Part shown: in pieces, positions 50,156 to 64,000 of the stretch
How the letters are laid out: each line of letters starts with the position of its first letter
Numbering within the stretch: the stretch's first letter is position 1
Assembly (NCBI GenBank): GCA_965649765.1
Contig: OZ287755.1
Coordinates: 58,838,001-58,902,000 of the forward strand
Reading direction: 5' to 3'
DNA length: 64,000 nt
Origin: Bispira polyomma
Lineage: Eukaryota
Translations under genes and position numbers: made by a program
The notes under the pieces: model-generated
Told to the model about the DNA's origin: nothing
Seen by the model: only the letters and a program-made list of their open reading frames with translations
Database searches by the model: none

Positions 50156-51395
50156 AACACATTTTACAAGTTTTAATAAATTAAAACATATTTCAGCATT
50201 GGCAATTACAGTTAACTTAAAGAACTCAAGTTGTAAAAGTAAAAACAGTTAAAAATATTTATTCTGGATATTTCAGAAAGATTAATATGACAAAACTTGA
50301 TATGACAAAACTTGCCAGAGTCAGTAACCATGTACAGAAGTTTGGTTGTGGATTAAACGTTGCTTTTCAACATGTCTTGCGTCAAATTACAGAGGACAGT
50401 TCACTGGGGAGGAAATCAGAACAGTGTAGCCAGTCAAAAAGTGTTCAACCTCTGCAAACCACCAACATTTAGCAAGTCTATTTCCAACTTTCTCACATAC
50501 ATACCGAGCCTTTTTAACACTCTTTTTAACACTCTTGTGTCAAATTACAAGATACATTCTGTCATTAATTTTTTTAATTTTTATATTCTGTTTATTTTAG
50601 TGCTAACATATATTCGTGGAGGGGATCTCATTCAATCAATAATTTTTGAAATTTTTTTGCTTTCCTGTCATTAAATTAGTACGTGTTGGCACCCTGGGTT
50701 CTACAATAAATACGTTCCTGTTGTAGTTGGTCATAAAGTGTTCAAACCTCTGCAAATCACCAACATTCAGCAAGTCTTTTGCCAAACTGCCCGCATACAC
50801 ACACAGACTGAGATTTGAACCCACAACCAGAGAGGTGGAGGCGAGTGTGTGTTACCATTATTACACCACAGAGGGATCTTGATTACATATGGCCATTACC
50901 ATTGTGACAGAAATGAGTTTACAAAATATACAACCCCTCAAGTTTTTTAATGATATTACTGAAATATCAGTTACAGGTGACGTGTGATCTATAGTCTTCG
51001 TGTTTTTTTTATCACTATACATCTTATATATTTATCTTTGTCGGAGTATTTCAATTTATTTCAAACATGCATGAAAATAAGTAAAAATCTAATAAATACA
51101 TCCAAGCTTTATTTAAAAAAATTCTATTTTTATGTCAATACAAATAAAACTATAGGTCAAAGGAACATGCAGTCTAATTTTAATGGTGCTTTTAAGACTT
51201 TACAGAAAATCTTCTTAATAACTAAAGGTAACGTCACCAACCTTAACAGCAACATATCTATGTTAACAAAAAAACACACCAACCCAAATGATTTATCTCA
51301 GACCCAGTCCAAGGCAGACACCGATTGATGTTAATGGCTTGAACTATCAATAGAAGCTGTTTGACTTCTAGTAGCCAATTCTAACGTTTACTTAC

Positions 51396-51420
51396 CAATG
51401 AATGATTATTATGGCTCTTT
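51396..51420 (-). other. Candidate 25-nt 5'UTR exon of the Cys-rich gene
   Basis: atttttatag acceptor and TTG|gtaagta consensus donor 25 nt apart; no transcript evidence. Confidence 0.3.
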
Positions 51421-53105
51421 CTATAAAAATGATGTCACATTGTTCAGAAATACATTCATTAATGTAACATTGAGTGAAGGTAGAACGTAAATGCGTGCGA
51501 CAGTTGGTGATAAATCAGGCAAAAACTGAATAGTCAATAACGGTGATGTTAGTGTTTTATATAACTTGCAATGAATAGCAATAAATTTTTTTTAAAATCA
51601 ATTTCTGTAATAGTATATGCTGATTTGTAGCTGCCAAGTTTAAATTGTTTTAAGCGCTTTAAGTTCTCATATTTCCGACCCTTTTTTTTTTTTTTAATAC
51701 ATATCACTTTTTTGACATTATATAAAAAAGAAGTAAAATTATTTTTTCTGAACAAAACATAACTTTTCTATGCCAAATATGTATTATTTAAAGAATAACC
51801 AGTGACATAGAGTGATAAAATCCTGTATATCCCTAGTATGGAGTGGGTTATTACGATTTAATTGAAGACAGCGGCTTGGGGATGACACCCTTTTTTTACG
51901 CTGCCAAGGATCTTAAGCCTGCCACTGGAGATAGAACCCAATGACAGAGGAGCCCCATTTATAATCCTACGAGCCACTATGAATCTGTCCGTATCTGGTC
52001 GACTCAAGCTTGGATCGAACCGGTCGTGAGGTGCATGACCAGTACATTAGATTACCTGACCCTGTTCTTCCATACACTGATAATATATTCTTATGCTCTG
52101 AAACCAATAGTAAAGGAGAGGTATAATAAAAACATTTGGGGTCATAAAAGTGACCTTGAAACAGAACTGCAACATACAGAACCTTATAAGGCTGTCCAAC
52201 TATCCCGATCATAGCTCCTGACCGTCCCAATTATACAATCAGAACCTAATCGGGACAATATTCGGAACAATCGGTGAGTTGTCCCGACTTATCATGTTCA
52301 CTCTGGACACTCTTGTTCACTCGTGCAAATTAACTAACATGTTAGAAAACCTCTGTGATTGGATGACCTTCGGCCGATACGTCGGGGTCAATCGGGGTCA
52401 ATTATAAGCTGTTTACGAGTTATCTTTACCTTAAAACAACCCATCTTTCCTATCAGGGTCTAAATCGGAAGTAAATTATGCCATTATGATAAGGATTTAT
52501 CATCCTATCTGTCCGGATTGGTCGAGGACATTACAGGTTATCGTACACATCTCCCGAGTTATCCTGTTAAATGTTAAGAATAGGTCGTAAGAAATAGCCC
52601 GATTGTAAAGATAACTCGGGAATGTCATAAGGATAGATCGTTACCAAGCTCCTGTTTGTAATGATAACTTAGGAAGACTAACAATAGGTCAGGAGGAACA
52701 AAGGATGACAACGGGAGTGAAAGCGATCACTCGGAAGCAAATCGGCGGGAAGAAAATTGTATAAAAGGAAGATGGGACACTCTTTCTTCACCAGATTCAT
52801 CGCAGCTTTCAGAAAGTAAACATCGATTTGCAATTTTTACTACAGAGGATTATAACAGGCTTTTATATTTTATTAAAAAGAATTAGTGAGGCTAAGTTTA
52901 ATAAATATTGCAATTACGCCAGGAAAAATGAGAGTTACAAAGAAGAGAAGGATACAGCCAGTACAGGAGTAGGAGAGGAAGTTTGAAGAGAGAGAGACAG
53001 ATGAGGATTATTCCAGAAATTCAACAGTCCTTGATAGACAGTGACACCCCAAAACTTTTGCATCAGTTGAACCAGAAGACTCTGGATATCTAGGATACCC
53101 AGCAT

Positions 53106-53646
53106 ATGCAGGATACACCGGACAGTGAGGTGGCAGTCATCAGTCGCAAACAGAGGAAGGGGAGGATGAGGACTGTGTTGTTGACCGATGAGCAGGAGGA
53201 GGCTGTGTTGGACTTCCTGAAAGACCGTGAGTGGCTCTACAATAAACGTGACCCACTGTATAAAGACCCTCAGAGGAAGAACATGCTGTGGGAGTCATAC
53301 TGCATGGCCAGGGTATTGGATTACCGAGAATAATGAAGTGCTTCCAATCCCAGAAGACTATTTTTGGCAAGCTAAGTGTGGGTAAGTTGGGCCAGCTGCT
53401 GTCGACTTGACCGAGCGACAGCAGTGGGTGAAGACCAACTTTTACTTAGTGAAGCTACATATCAGAAATCAGCTCAACAAGTCTGCCGACTTTAAGCCTA
53501 TCGCGTCAGCTTCTCTAGGTGCTCGCCCTCGTGAATCTCTTGGTGTGTTGTCCCACTCCGATACAGATCAGGGTGAGATAGAGTCGTCCATCAACGCGGC
53601 CTCACCAAAGCCTTCAACAGCCTTTGGATCCTCTATTCCTATCTAG
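53106..53646 (+). pseudogene. Harbinger Myb/SANT (MADF-like) DNA-binding ORF remnant
   Basis: LTDEQEEAVLDFLKDREWLYNKRDPLYKDPQRKNMLWE; interrupted by a stop/frameshift. Confidence 0.75.
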
Positions 53647-54233
53647 GAGCGACTGTTCAGCATTAAATTGGGTGATTCCATTAGGATGGAAGAGACAAAA
53701 ACAGGGATCCTAAAGAAGGTCCAGAAACCCCAACCTAAAGGAGCATGAGGAGCCTTATTGAACTGGTTGATAACTGCACTTGTGAGCATGTTGTGGAGGA
53801 CTACACAGGCTAGGGTTAAGGTGGCTACCACAGGTGGTTCCTGCTGCATCGTTGACAGTAAAAGTCTAAACCTCGCCACTAATATTCCAAAGGCATTTTC
53901 GACCACCCTTCTGCCCTGAGATGTCCTGTAGTTAAACATGCGTTGATTAGGGTCCAGCCCTCGTCTGGAGATGGGTTTCATCATTCAGGTCTTTAAGGCA
54001 AATGCGTAATCTTTCATGATGAAGTAGGGGGTTTGGGGCCTACCAGGGCTTATGGATTGAGGAGGGGGCAAGATGATGGACTGGTCCTCAGACTTTTCCT
54101 TCAATTTAGATAGGTTGAAAATCTGGGAATCAGACCAGGACCCACTGGAAGCCAGGTGCACCCACAAAAAATGGTACTCGGCATCCACCAGGATCAGCAT
54201 AATGATGGAGTAGAATCCCTTGTAGTTGAAGTA
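53643..54233 (-). pseudogene. Harbinger (HARBI1-like DDE_Tnp_4) transposase fragment with an in-frame stop
   Basis: FNYKGFYSIIMLILVDA, GSWSDSQIF, DYAFAL, FNYRTSQGRRVVENAFGIL. Confidence 0.88.
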
Positions 54234-54766
54234 CTATCGGGCCTTGCTCCCAACTTATCATTACAATCGTTAACCAATATAATTATAGTCGTGTGACGTA
54301 AATTTCCCGGCAATTTTTCTTAGAATCGTGGCAAAATATTAACGATTGCTCCCAATCGCATTAGTGGGGTCTCCTACCGATAGGTCTTGATAGTTGGACA
54401 GTTTTGTTAAGTCGTATAATACCCTAGAAAAATTAACACCATTCCAAGTGATACTTTATCAGATTGGACACAAAATATCCAGAAAATTGACCAATTGTGA
54501 CGACAGTTTAACCTGGAAACGAAGGTTACCTTGCTAATATCTTAACAATGTACCAGATTCCCTGACCCTACTTTTGTATAGGCTATTACAATAGGTTTTT
54601 AGTCTCTAAACCCAAGAGTTAACAAAATATTGGACATTTTATGAATCTAAAACTTCACAGCAGTTTACTCCAAAATCAAAAATCTGAGCAGAATGCCAGG
54701 AGTGCAAAATGTTACCGACTTATCCCTTCAGTGGTTCTGGAGAAGAAATTGTCAGACAGTGCTGTG

Positions 54767-55866
54767 TGTACAGGAAAGATGAGAAAAATTAAAAAAAAAA
54801 ATTGTAGACTTTTGGTTTGATTTTCGCGGAGAAGAAAAATATTTTGGAATTAGTCCCAGTGACAGTAAGAAAAAATCTTTGGTCAGTGTTAACTTGACCC
54901 TTAACACAAATACTAACAGTAGGCAATCTTAGATATTTTAGACATAAATGTTAAGACAAATGGTAATGGCCAGGTCCGGATGTCATGAACAAATATTTGT
55001 GCCCTGCCAATCAGGACGTCTATAGCATCTGTAGTTTCGCATATGATGTTGATGCGGACACAAACCCATGGCAATAAGTCAGTCACTTAAAAATAGTCAA
55101 CAAAAATCTACTTCTATTAATAAATAAATGTTGCTACACTTTCAAAAAAATATCTATATGGAAAAAAGACAAAAAATGTTTTCAGATTTTTTATTATTGA
55201 TTTAAGCTTGACTTCTGTACACCGGGCAAATGCGTTGTACATGTATGGAATATTTGTAGATGCGTGGCCTAGTTGTTATGGAGTTGGTCTGGTGGTCATA
55301 AGGTTCCCGGTTCTACTCCTGCTAATGCTACTAGGTTCATTAGTGGGATAATTAACATCCTTCAGCAAGATGTGAACACGGTATTGCCTACTGACAAAGA
55401 TCCCGGCTGTGTTGTAGGACATATAATTGGTTGACTGATTCAGCTGTTACACCTTAGAAGATGCCTTGCATCAATAAAGTGCCTTAAAAATATACAATAC
55501 AAGACAATTACCAAAGAAAAAGCTATTTGTACAGGAAAGATAGGAAAAATTTAAATTTTTTGTAGATCAAGGTAATTGCCGGATCTGGATGCCATGAACA
55601 AATATTTATAACTCGTCTCCTAAAGTACCTGCAAAAAAATCAGGATATCTGTAGCACCTGTAGTTTTGAATATAATGTTGACACACCTGACACAAACTCT
55701 GGCAAGAAGTCAGTGACATTGTCAGACTTAAAACAAGTCGATAAATATTAATACCCATAATAAATAAATGTTGCTAGATTTTTTTTTAAAAGCCAAAAAA
55801 AAAGACATTATTTATTGACTAAAAGTTCGACTTCTCTGTACCGGACAAATGCTTTGTACATGTATA
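54767..55866. repeat. Diverged direct duplication (about 54767-55247 vs 55528-55866)
   Basis: Collinear shared blocks gtacaggaaagat, catgaacaaatattt, taataaataaatgttgcta, caaatgc.ttgtacatgtat. Confidence 0.75.
55262..55505 (+). mobile_element. tRNA-derived SINE with an L2-derived 3' tail (second copy on the minus strand at about 60945-61172)
   Basis: tggcctagttg and ggttctactcc boxes; ends in ttagaagatgccttgcatcaataaagtgcctt, as in the local L2 3'UTR. Confidence 0.7.
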
Positions 55867-56310
55867 ATGAAACATTTCAGCTTTTGTGGATGTAAATCAT
55901 AAGTAGTTGTGGATGCAAATCATAAGAAAGACAATCAGAAGAGTGCATACCTACCTGCCAAAGTAGAAATACAGTGAAATTTCCCTGGATCTGCATTTCC
56001 CCTGTAACTTTTTAAAACTGATTCAGTAGTCTTTGTGTAACCCTGGTACCAAACAAATGGACACAAATGAAAACATTAAGATAGCATTATACTCGAGGCC
56101 GTGATCTGTAACCTATAACCTGAAAAATGTTCTTCAGTTTGCAGCTATAGTTTTATGTTTGTGTCGAAAAGGTTAATACCACTGTGTGTCAGTACACAAG
56201 TTTAGATCTATCACACCTGGGCCTTATCAAGGCTAGAAATTTGTCACTACAAACCAGACCATTCATGTTCTTGAGTTTGACAAAGTGCTCACAATGCTTG
56301 GTAAAATGTG

Positions 56311-59300
56311 TTATTATTATTATTATATACAAACTTTTTGTGCACTTAATTTTTGATATATATCAAATTCCAAGGCGCGATAAAACATAAGGGGTAGAGG
56401 CAATATCGTAAGTCCGTGGGAACAAAAGGGTCGGCATCAGAAAGCGTTTGCGCAACCAGAGGAGAAGGTGCCAAGGGGAATAGACTTCATGAAACAGGTG
56501 AGTCTTAAGCTCACGCCTGAAAGATGACAGTGTGGGGGCAGATTGTACAGCAAAGTGGGAGGCTGTTCCAAAGTCTAGGTCAGTCACTTGCAAATGATCC
56601 ATCAAAATGAGTTTTAGACTTATGAATGCGAGGATTAAAGGTGGGAAGAATTTGGTATTTCTTTGTAGCAACAGTACATCTGGTATTGACAGAGGATGTT
56701 TAGTAATTTATGTATTCATGAAAGTACTGCGGCTGCCCAGAGTCTAAATGTTTGTAAATGAGGGTTGCAGTTTTGAAAGCGATTCTCTCATTAACAGGGG
56801 GCCAATGTGGAGGCTTGAGCACTGGTGTAATGTGGGACCACTTGCGGGAACCTTTGACAACTCGTGCTAATGCATTTTGCAGACACTGCAATCTTCTCAG
56901 GTTACCTTTGAATAAACCACGATATAGTCAATTACAGTAGTCAAGTCTGCTACTGACAAGTGCGTTTGCCCGAGATGGCCACAGTCCTTGGTAGGTGCTG
57001 TCTAATTCTCTGTAGGTCTCGAAATCCAACAAAACATGACCTGCAAACAGCATCCACCTGCTTTTTGAAAGAGAAATCGCAGTCGAATACGACACCCAGA
57101 TTCCGCACTGATTCAGCCACCTCAAACCTCTTGCCAAGTATGTGGGTTGGGAGTAGAGGTTCTAACCTCTTTCGCATGGCTGTCCCTCCGAACACCATAA
57201 ACTTTGTCTTAGAAGAATTAAGTTTAAACTTGTTTGAATTAATCCATGATTGGATCTCGCTTAGGCACTTCTCGAGATGGCTGAAGGTAGTTTTCGCTTC
57301 ATCTAGGGTGATGTGGCAGTAGATCTGGGAATCAACTGCGTAAAAATGATATTTCAGTGATTTAAAGACTGAGATGATTTTTTCAAGACGTGCAGTGTTC
57401 ATAGAAAGCAGGATGGGGTCCAGAACTGTTCCCTGTGGTACCCCGTACTTCAGGATACTTGAAACAGATGTAACTCTGCGAATCTTTATAGACTGACACC
57501 TATTGACAGATATGACATAAACCATCTGAGGGCAACACCTTGTAAGCTGTACATGTGTTTGAGGCAGTCCAAGAGAGTAGCATGGTAAATAGTGTCAAAG
57601 GCCGCAGAGAGATCCAGTAGGACCAGAGCAGAAGGCACACCCTTTGATAATGAAAACTGTATATCATATTTGATATGTAGGAGAGCTGTTTCTGTGGAGT
57701 GATACTGTTTATATGCTGACTGGTACACCGTACCAATATCATTTGTGTTGATATGATTTGTAACTTGAGCAGCAACTACAATTTCGACAAGTTTAGACAT
57801 GAATGAGAGGCCCGAGACAGGTCTATAATTTTTTGGATCGTTTTTTGAGAGTGTCTGATTTTTGATAATGGGTGTAACAATAGCCTTCTTGAAAGAAGTC
57901 GGAAACCATGCCTCCAGATAAACACAGGTTAACCAATTTGGTGATAGAGGGTGCAAGAATTTCAATGCAGTCATTGACCAGGAAAGTAGGCATAGGATCC
58001 AGGCTACATGGTTTTGTTGGTGATTTCAACATCAACCTCTTGATGTAGTCAACACCAACTTCAGTGAAACAGGTGAAGCTGACATGAGTTGATTGAGGAG
58101 ACTCAGTAGGATGACTATGTTATGGTCACGGAAGCAAGCACGGTAGCAATTACCGGTTGCTTCCAAGTTGTAACAGGAAAAGACAAAAAGTTTCACTTAA
58201 CAAATTTCTTTAACAATTAAAATAACAATTACAGTCAACTGAGATACTCTTAATAGTTCATACAATAATACAATAATGAAACCAATCTGACCTGACCACA
58301 GTCCTGTCCACGTAAATAACAATTAAACAAGTTTGTCCACTGTATCCAGCAATCTGTCTTGAGATCTGCTCGGTGTGCACTAACACACAATGCCTGTATC
58401 CTGTTATATGTTCGGGGTCCACGAACACAAAATGTATATATCCAGATAGTCTGCACAACTACGCTATCCAGTCCAGGATGCAAACAATATCCAATATGCA
58501 GCAAATCCAATCTCTGGTAGATCCACAACTTTATATCCAGTTCATCACAAAACGAATGTAATAATCAGTTTATATCCACAGGAAAAGAAATATTGTGTTT
58601 CACAATATAGCAGTTCGTATAGCACACCAACTCAATAAACTCTGATCTGTGGCCAGGCTTTCAACCCTTATATATACTACAGCTAGAGAAGTAAACAACA
58701 ATTGCTAAAAGATTCCAGAATGAGATGTAAACAGATTAACACAATTTCAATAACAACAGAAACAAAATGGAACCAGCTTCTAGAAGCTTAGGGGTTTTCC
58801 CAAATCTATAAATAGATCACTCTAGCAGAACTAGACTGGTTCTCCACTGACATATAACCATGTCCTTATATGGAACAACTATCAGAAAAACTACTTTGAA
58901 TGAGTTCTATTTTCTCTTGAAAGTACTTGCAAAAATTGTTTGCGACTGAAGTATCTGAATTGACGTCAGGCAGCTTTAAGTCCGCTTTTCTGTGAAGTAT
59001 GCCATTCAATACACGCCAGAGGGCCTTTGAGTCATTAGAGTTTTCGTGGACAATTCTTGAGTAGTACTTAGACTTGGCTTTATTATTGAGAACATTGCAT
59101 CTGTGAGTTAGGTCCCTCAACCTTGACTTGTATAATGTAGGGTTCTGCAGATGAACGTGTCTTTTAATACTGGTGACGCAAGCACTTTGCGTTCCAGTAC
59201 TAATCAGTGATCCAGGCAGGGGTAGGCTTCTTAAGTGACTTAGCAATCACTGGAGCATGTTTGTCCATAACATCTGACAGAGATTGTACATATTAGTCTT

Positions 59301-60400
59301 ACAGTGTTGTAGGATCATCAGAAGAAGCCGTAACAAAGCTTGTATTTTTTAAGTCAGCCCTAAACATATCCATATACAATTTTATGATATTGACGGAAAT
59401 GAACCTCATGACCTACTTTATTGTGGACATAGTCACAGTCTAAGTTACAAACAGTTGCAAAATGATCACTAACACAAGCATTTTGCCATACTTGGGCGAG
59501 ACCTAGACTTCTGAGGAGGTTATAATAAAATCCAAAGTATGGCCATGTATATGACTTGGAAAATCAACTAATTGATTGAGATTGCATGATGCTAGTAATG
59601 ATTTAAACTTTTGGCTATATTGGGCATCAGTATCATACTGAATATTAAAATCACCGACCATGACAAAGTCGGATTTGAGTGTTGACAGGTAAGTAGCTAG
59701 TCCCTTGAATTTGTCCAGAAAAAGCAGGGGGAAGGATCTAGGTTGTCTGTCCAGGACAACAATGTTGACCGGGGACCAGTACAGAATCAATAATGTGTTC
59801 AAAAGTTTTTGCAGGAAAGGCTTCTAACCGCTTTACACTCAAGGTGTTCCTGACCAGTATTCCAACACCCCCGCCAGGTGCATTCCTATGAGGAATATGA
59901 TCGAGAATATAATTAGCAGGTGTGAGGTCATATATAAACGCAGGAGTATCGTTGGGTTTTATGTGGGTCTCCGTGATCCACAAGATGTCACACTTTTTAA
60001 AAAATCTTCAACAATCGGACCTTTGTTTCGGACAAAGCGGCAGTTCACATGTCCCAGAGTTATTGGTCTTGGAATTATGGCAATATCGCCCGCCATGATA
60101 AGTAAAACAGCCAGTTGCACTGGTTTTGCTGCAGATGGAATTTTCATCCTATTGTGCGCTTTATACCCACCTCTGGCACTGATCCATTGATAACTATGCA
60201 CAAGTTTATGTAACACTATTTGAGGCTCATTAAAACAGTGTATGCCACATAACTTCCAGATCAAGGGCATTCCAAGGAATGTCAGACACACAAGTTTCAG
60301 CACTTGCATGTTTGGGGGTAAAATTGTTGACATGCAAGATCAGAAAATAAATATAATCGATATTATAGTCGATATACTACACAAGTGTTGAGATACAAAA
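56311..60400 (-). mobile_element. Decayed near full-length L2/CR1-group LINE, interrupted by an insertion at about 58118-58860
   Basis: Degenerate 2A-like GDIAIIPRP, then ITETH, PGGGVG, GDFNI, NYRPVS, DLSAAFDT, GVPQG, SRLDYCN; (ATA)n tail at 56311-56326. Confidence 0.92.
58118..58860 (-). mobile_element. Probable solo LTR inserted in an L2 LINE
   Basis: About 740-bp non-LINE block splitting the LINE ORF; TGTTAT...ATAAC(C)A termini; TATA-like tatataag on the minus strand; no clear TSD. Confidence 0.55.
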
Positions 60401-63400
60401 TCAAATACCTATGGGCGACTTGCAGAAATTATAACAAAGATCACATCATGTGCAAACAGTATATCCAAGAGGTAGCAGAATATTATTTTTGTCAATATAT
60501 TCGTGACTGAGTGACATACAAGTTTGGATATACACCGCAAAGGTGGGCGATATTATAGGATATTAACCAAAATCATAGTTATACATAACCCAGTGTTCCC
60601 GAGAGGCAGCAAAGTAATTATTTGTCAATATATATGTCCGTAAGCCATGGTTTTGCAGGAATTATGCGAATTAAGAGGTCACGGAAATGACAAAAATGCG
60701 ACTCGCCTGGTAAACGCTAAACCATGTGTCGTCATAGTAACTCCCAGGAAAGTTTAATGACAACTTTCGGCAAATTGATTGTATATATTATATCAAATGC
60801 TTTAACTGGAAGGTTTTTGTTTGATCCTAACCGAGGCTAAAAAATTATAAAAGGTATAGCAGACAATTGAGTGTTTAAAATTAGTTAAATTCTGAGAAAA
60901 AGTTCACCAAATGTAAGTAGTTAGACACTCAAACCGCTATTATTTTATTGTATTTTTAACACTCCTTATTAAATTGAGGCATGTTCTAAAGCAAAACAAC
61001 TTAATCAACCAATCATGTATCCTACAACATCGCCTGGGTCATCATCAGTGGGCAATGGTGTGTTCACATATTGCCTAAGGATTGTATCACACCAATAGAC
61101 CAAGAAGGATCAACAGTAGTCGAACCATAAACCTTGTGATCACCCGACCAACTCCCTAACCATTAGGCCATGGGAGACATGTTTATCCGTACATGTTGAA
61201 AGGGCAAGATCTGTTCGCATAATAGAAGGTTCAATAAATGGAAGAGGAATTTTCGTATAAAAAACAGTAGGTTAAAATAATTTTATGAATGTATTTATGA
61301 AACTATATACATGTGCTACTGTAGTAACTCCCACCACATTTCCTCTATACAGTTGAACCCTTTTAAGTAATCCTCAAGGGACCAGTAAAAATACCTCTAC
61401 TTAAGCAGGATTCCCACTTAACATGCAAGATTATATCAGAAAAGGCCTTTGTAAGAACATAAAATGAAAATCGAGTTATTAGAGATGTACTTAAAGGGGT
61501 TTGACTGTGAATATACAAAATGGTTAAACTCAGGAGTTTATATGTTGAGTAAGCGTGTGTGTTGTTGTTTTTTTGTTGGGGGGGATTTGCCCATCTCTCC
61601 CCCTTTTAATTATTTTATTTTAACATTGCGTCAAATGACACATTTCATTTAAGAATGACAACTATGCCTACTACAGGTTATGTTGTCATCATTGCTTTTA
61701 GGCATCATAAACTGTGCCCTTCTTATTTTCTAAGTTAAGGTTATGTGTGATATGCAATTAGGTAACCGGTAGGCACTTATTGGTACATAGTGTAAAGTAC
61801 AGTCAGGTTTAACTAGTGCCACCCTAAAGTAGCCATTTACGGTTGCTAACTTTACATAATGAGGTAACCTAAAGACTTTATTGTAGTAGTTTATTAACAT
61901 GTTGTTAATCATGATGCTAAGGTGTTTTGTATCGATTTTTGCTGAAGTACATGAACCACATATAATGCTTTTATATAATATAAGTTTTTTTTAATTTTAG
62001 TTTGGGTTTAACGTCATTTTCAACACGTTTTGTGTCGCATCATCATGTGACCGGCAGTTCGTGGGTGAAGAAAAAAGCAGTAGATAGTAGAAGAATCGGG
62101 TTTTTGGCCTTCAGCACGTCTACTACTAACTTTCCTGCACACACGCCATAGCAAAGATTCAAACCCGCTATGGCAGAGGTAGGAGTCGAGTGTTGTTACC
62201 ACTACACCATACCAGAGATATCTAATGTCTGGGCGTTGTAATTTGGCACAACTTAAACAATGTGCTTTACAATTGGATCACTGATTCTGCTGTTGTGCTT
62301 TAGAAGATGCCTAGCATCAATACAGCGTTTAAAAAAAAAGTAATAATTATACTAATGCTATATCTGGCTCCATTTTTTTCGGAACTTTCAACAATTTTTT
62401 TTTTGTAATATACTGTAAATATGTATACACTGTAGATGTGAATAGTGTAATATCCCTGTATATCAGCACATTAAACACTCGGACTTCAGGGGTTTCCCCT
62501 TTAGCTTAACTGTTAGTGTACTGGACTATTAATCTTAAGATCCATGACAACCCAGGATCAAATCCCAGCAGTAGCAAGCCTCTATATAATTTTACAGCAG
62601 AGCAAGTAATATCTGTTGTTTACAATAGAAGACTCTACAAGTGTGCTTTATAATATCAGTGAAAAAATCAATACATCTAGCATTTGAGCTAGAAGGCCTT
62701 GCCTTTTAACTCACACAATAACATTATGGTGGAATTTTATGGGATCAAAGTCCAGTGTAATATAACATTTATTTAAAATATTGCTGTGTCAGAAAGGTTT
62801 CAACATATTTGGGGTCAGAACTATGATTTTTAAGTATAGTTTTTACACCGATTCTACTGTTTGTGCAAAAAAAAAAACACACCTGGTGCCAAATTACAAC
62901 ACCAGACACTACTAGATATTTGGGTTCCAGCTTGAAATTTTTGGGAAAATATTGCTATTGGTAAATTGACAAAGGCAGTGGCCTTAAGTTCACTACCTTT
63001 AAGTTGTCAATAACGTCAGTAAATCTTCTATTTATAGTAACACAAACATTGAAGATGAGCCCAAAATAAACAAGACTTCTATTTTTATTTGATTTTTGTG
63101 TTTTTGCAAGGAGTAAAACCACCAAAAACAAAGACATTTATCATCATTAAAACTGACATGATGCTTGTTTCATTGCATTGAACAAGCTAAAAATAAATAT
63201 TTTTAAAAGAAAAAAACAATAATATTGTTGACTTGTATCAATACTTGTCTTGTTATCACTCAAAGGATCTAATATTTTTCATAGTAAAAAAACCAAACAA
63301 ACTGTAGTGATGGTTCAATTTTTAAACCATATAAATCATATATAGTATGAAGCAAACCCCTAAAACAAGAACTGTATATTTTCCTTTACAAAATCTATTA

Positions 63401-64000
63401 ATATTTGAGGAATTTTATATTCTCTTCACAAAATCCATTGATATATAAAGAATTAAATGTAATTTTTTTTTACAAAATCCCTTGATGTTTAAGGAAATCT
63501 GATGCAATATTTATGACAATTTGCAGTGTTTACGTTTAACTGCCGTATTTGGCGTTTACAGACAACCAGATAATAATAATAATACCGCATTATCCCTGAA
63601 ATAAACAACATATATATATATATATAGATAATATCTGGTAATTCTGATTGATTACCCTCAAAATAAAATATTCTGATTGATTACCCTCAAAATGAGAACT
63701 AATTTGACTCACAACTGTGTAGTCAGAATGACTAGACCAGCAACGCTGAAGAGGTTGAATGTCCAATATCCACAAGAATTTTATTTTAGACAGCACTAAC
63801 TTAATGTTACTGTTTTTTTTTTACTTCTTTACAAGGCATCCTCTGGTGCACACCTTCCAGCTATTATAGAAAAGATTAGTCTGATAAGAGAATTTTTCTG
63901 AATTGGGATAGTTAACGTCCACTCTAGCACCCGTTTAGGTTATATTGGGACGGGTAGTTGGAAACGCTGGATGAAACACTGCATACAGTTGATCAAGGTT

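Larger units (their letters stand above)
52190..54403. mobile_element. Decayed PIF/Harbinger DNA transposon
   Basis: TIRs ctgtccaactatc / gatagttggacag; convergent Myb/MADF-like and DDE transposase remnants. Confidence 0.88.

Noticed and set aside
58250-58561. Cluster of short ORFs inside the LINE
   Set aside because: They lie within the non-coding solo-LTR-like insert and show no protein motifs.
61020-61080. CTGATGA (minus strand) next to a hairpin, suggesting a hammerhead ribozyme
   Set aside because: No GAAA core or closing stems, and the homologous SINE copy near 55390 lacks the motif.
62955-63137. ORF starting MSLFLVVLLLA, resembling a signal peptide
   Set aside because: No suitable donor or recognisable domain, and the Cys-rich gene already has a better-fitting leader exon.

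Overview
This is AT-rich, repeat-dense eukaryotic (animal, plausibly invertebrate) genomic DNA, not prokaryotic. Two spliced host genes lie on the minus strand, and the ORF track shows them only as fragments. I assembled both by hand from GT-AG boundaries with consistent phases. (1) A 6-coding-exon, 163-aa TMEM272-like four-TM membrane protein (23243->7418). (2) A 6-coding-exon, 302-aa predicted secreted protein (49539->37965): a signal peptide followed by five tandem cysteine-rich PLAC-like modules, one per exon, all introns phase 1, in an A-B-A-B-C pattern. This second gene is the most novel item. The rest is mostly mobile DNA. It includes a near-intact L2/CR1-group LINE with a 2A-like motif (GDIASNPGP) and several decayed relatives, a Tx1/L1-like fragment, and an internally deleted DIRS1-type element in an intron. 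A lone DIRS terminus lies just upstream of gene 2. There is also a decayed Harbinger transposon, a probable solo LTR, a young TTAA-flanked MITE with perfect 159-bp TIRs, other MITEs, tRNA-derived SINEs and three minisatellite families. All family names come from motif recognition without a database search.
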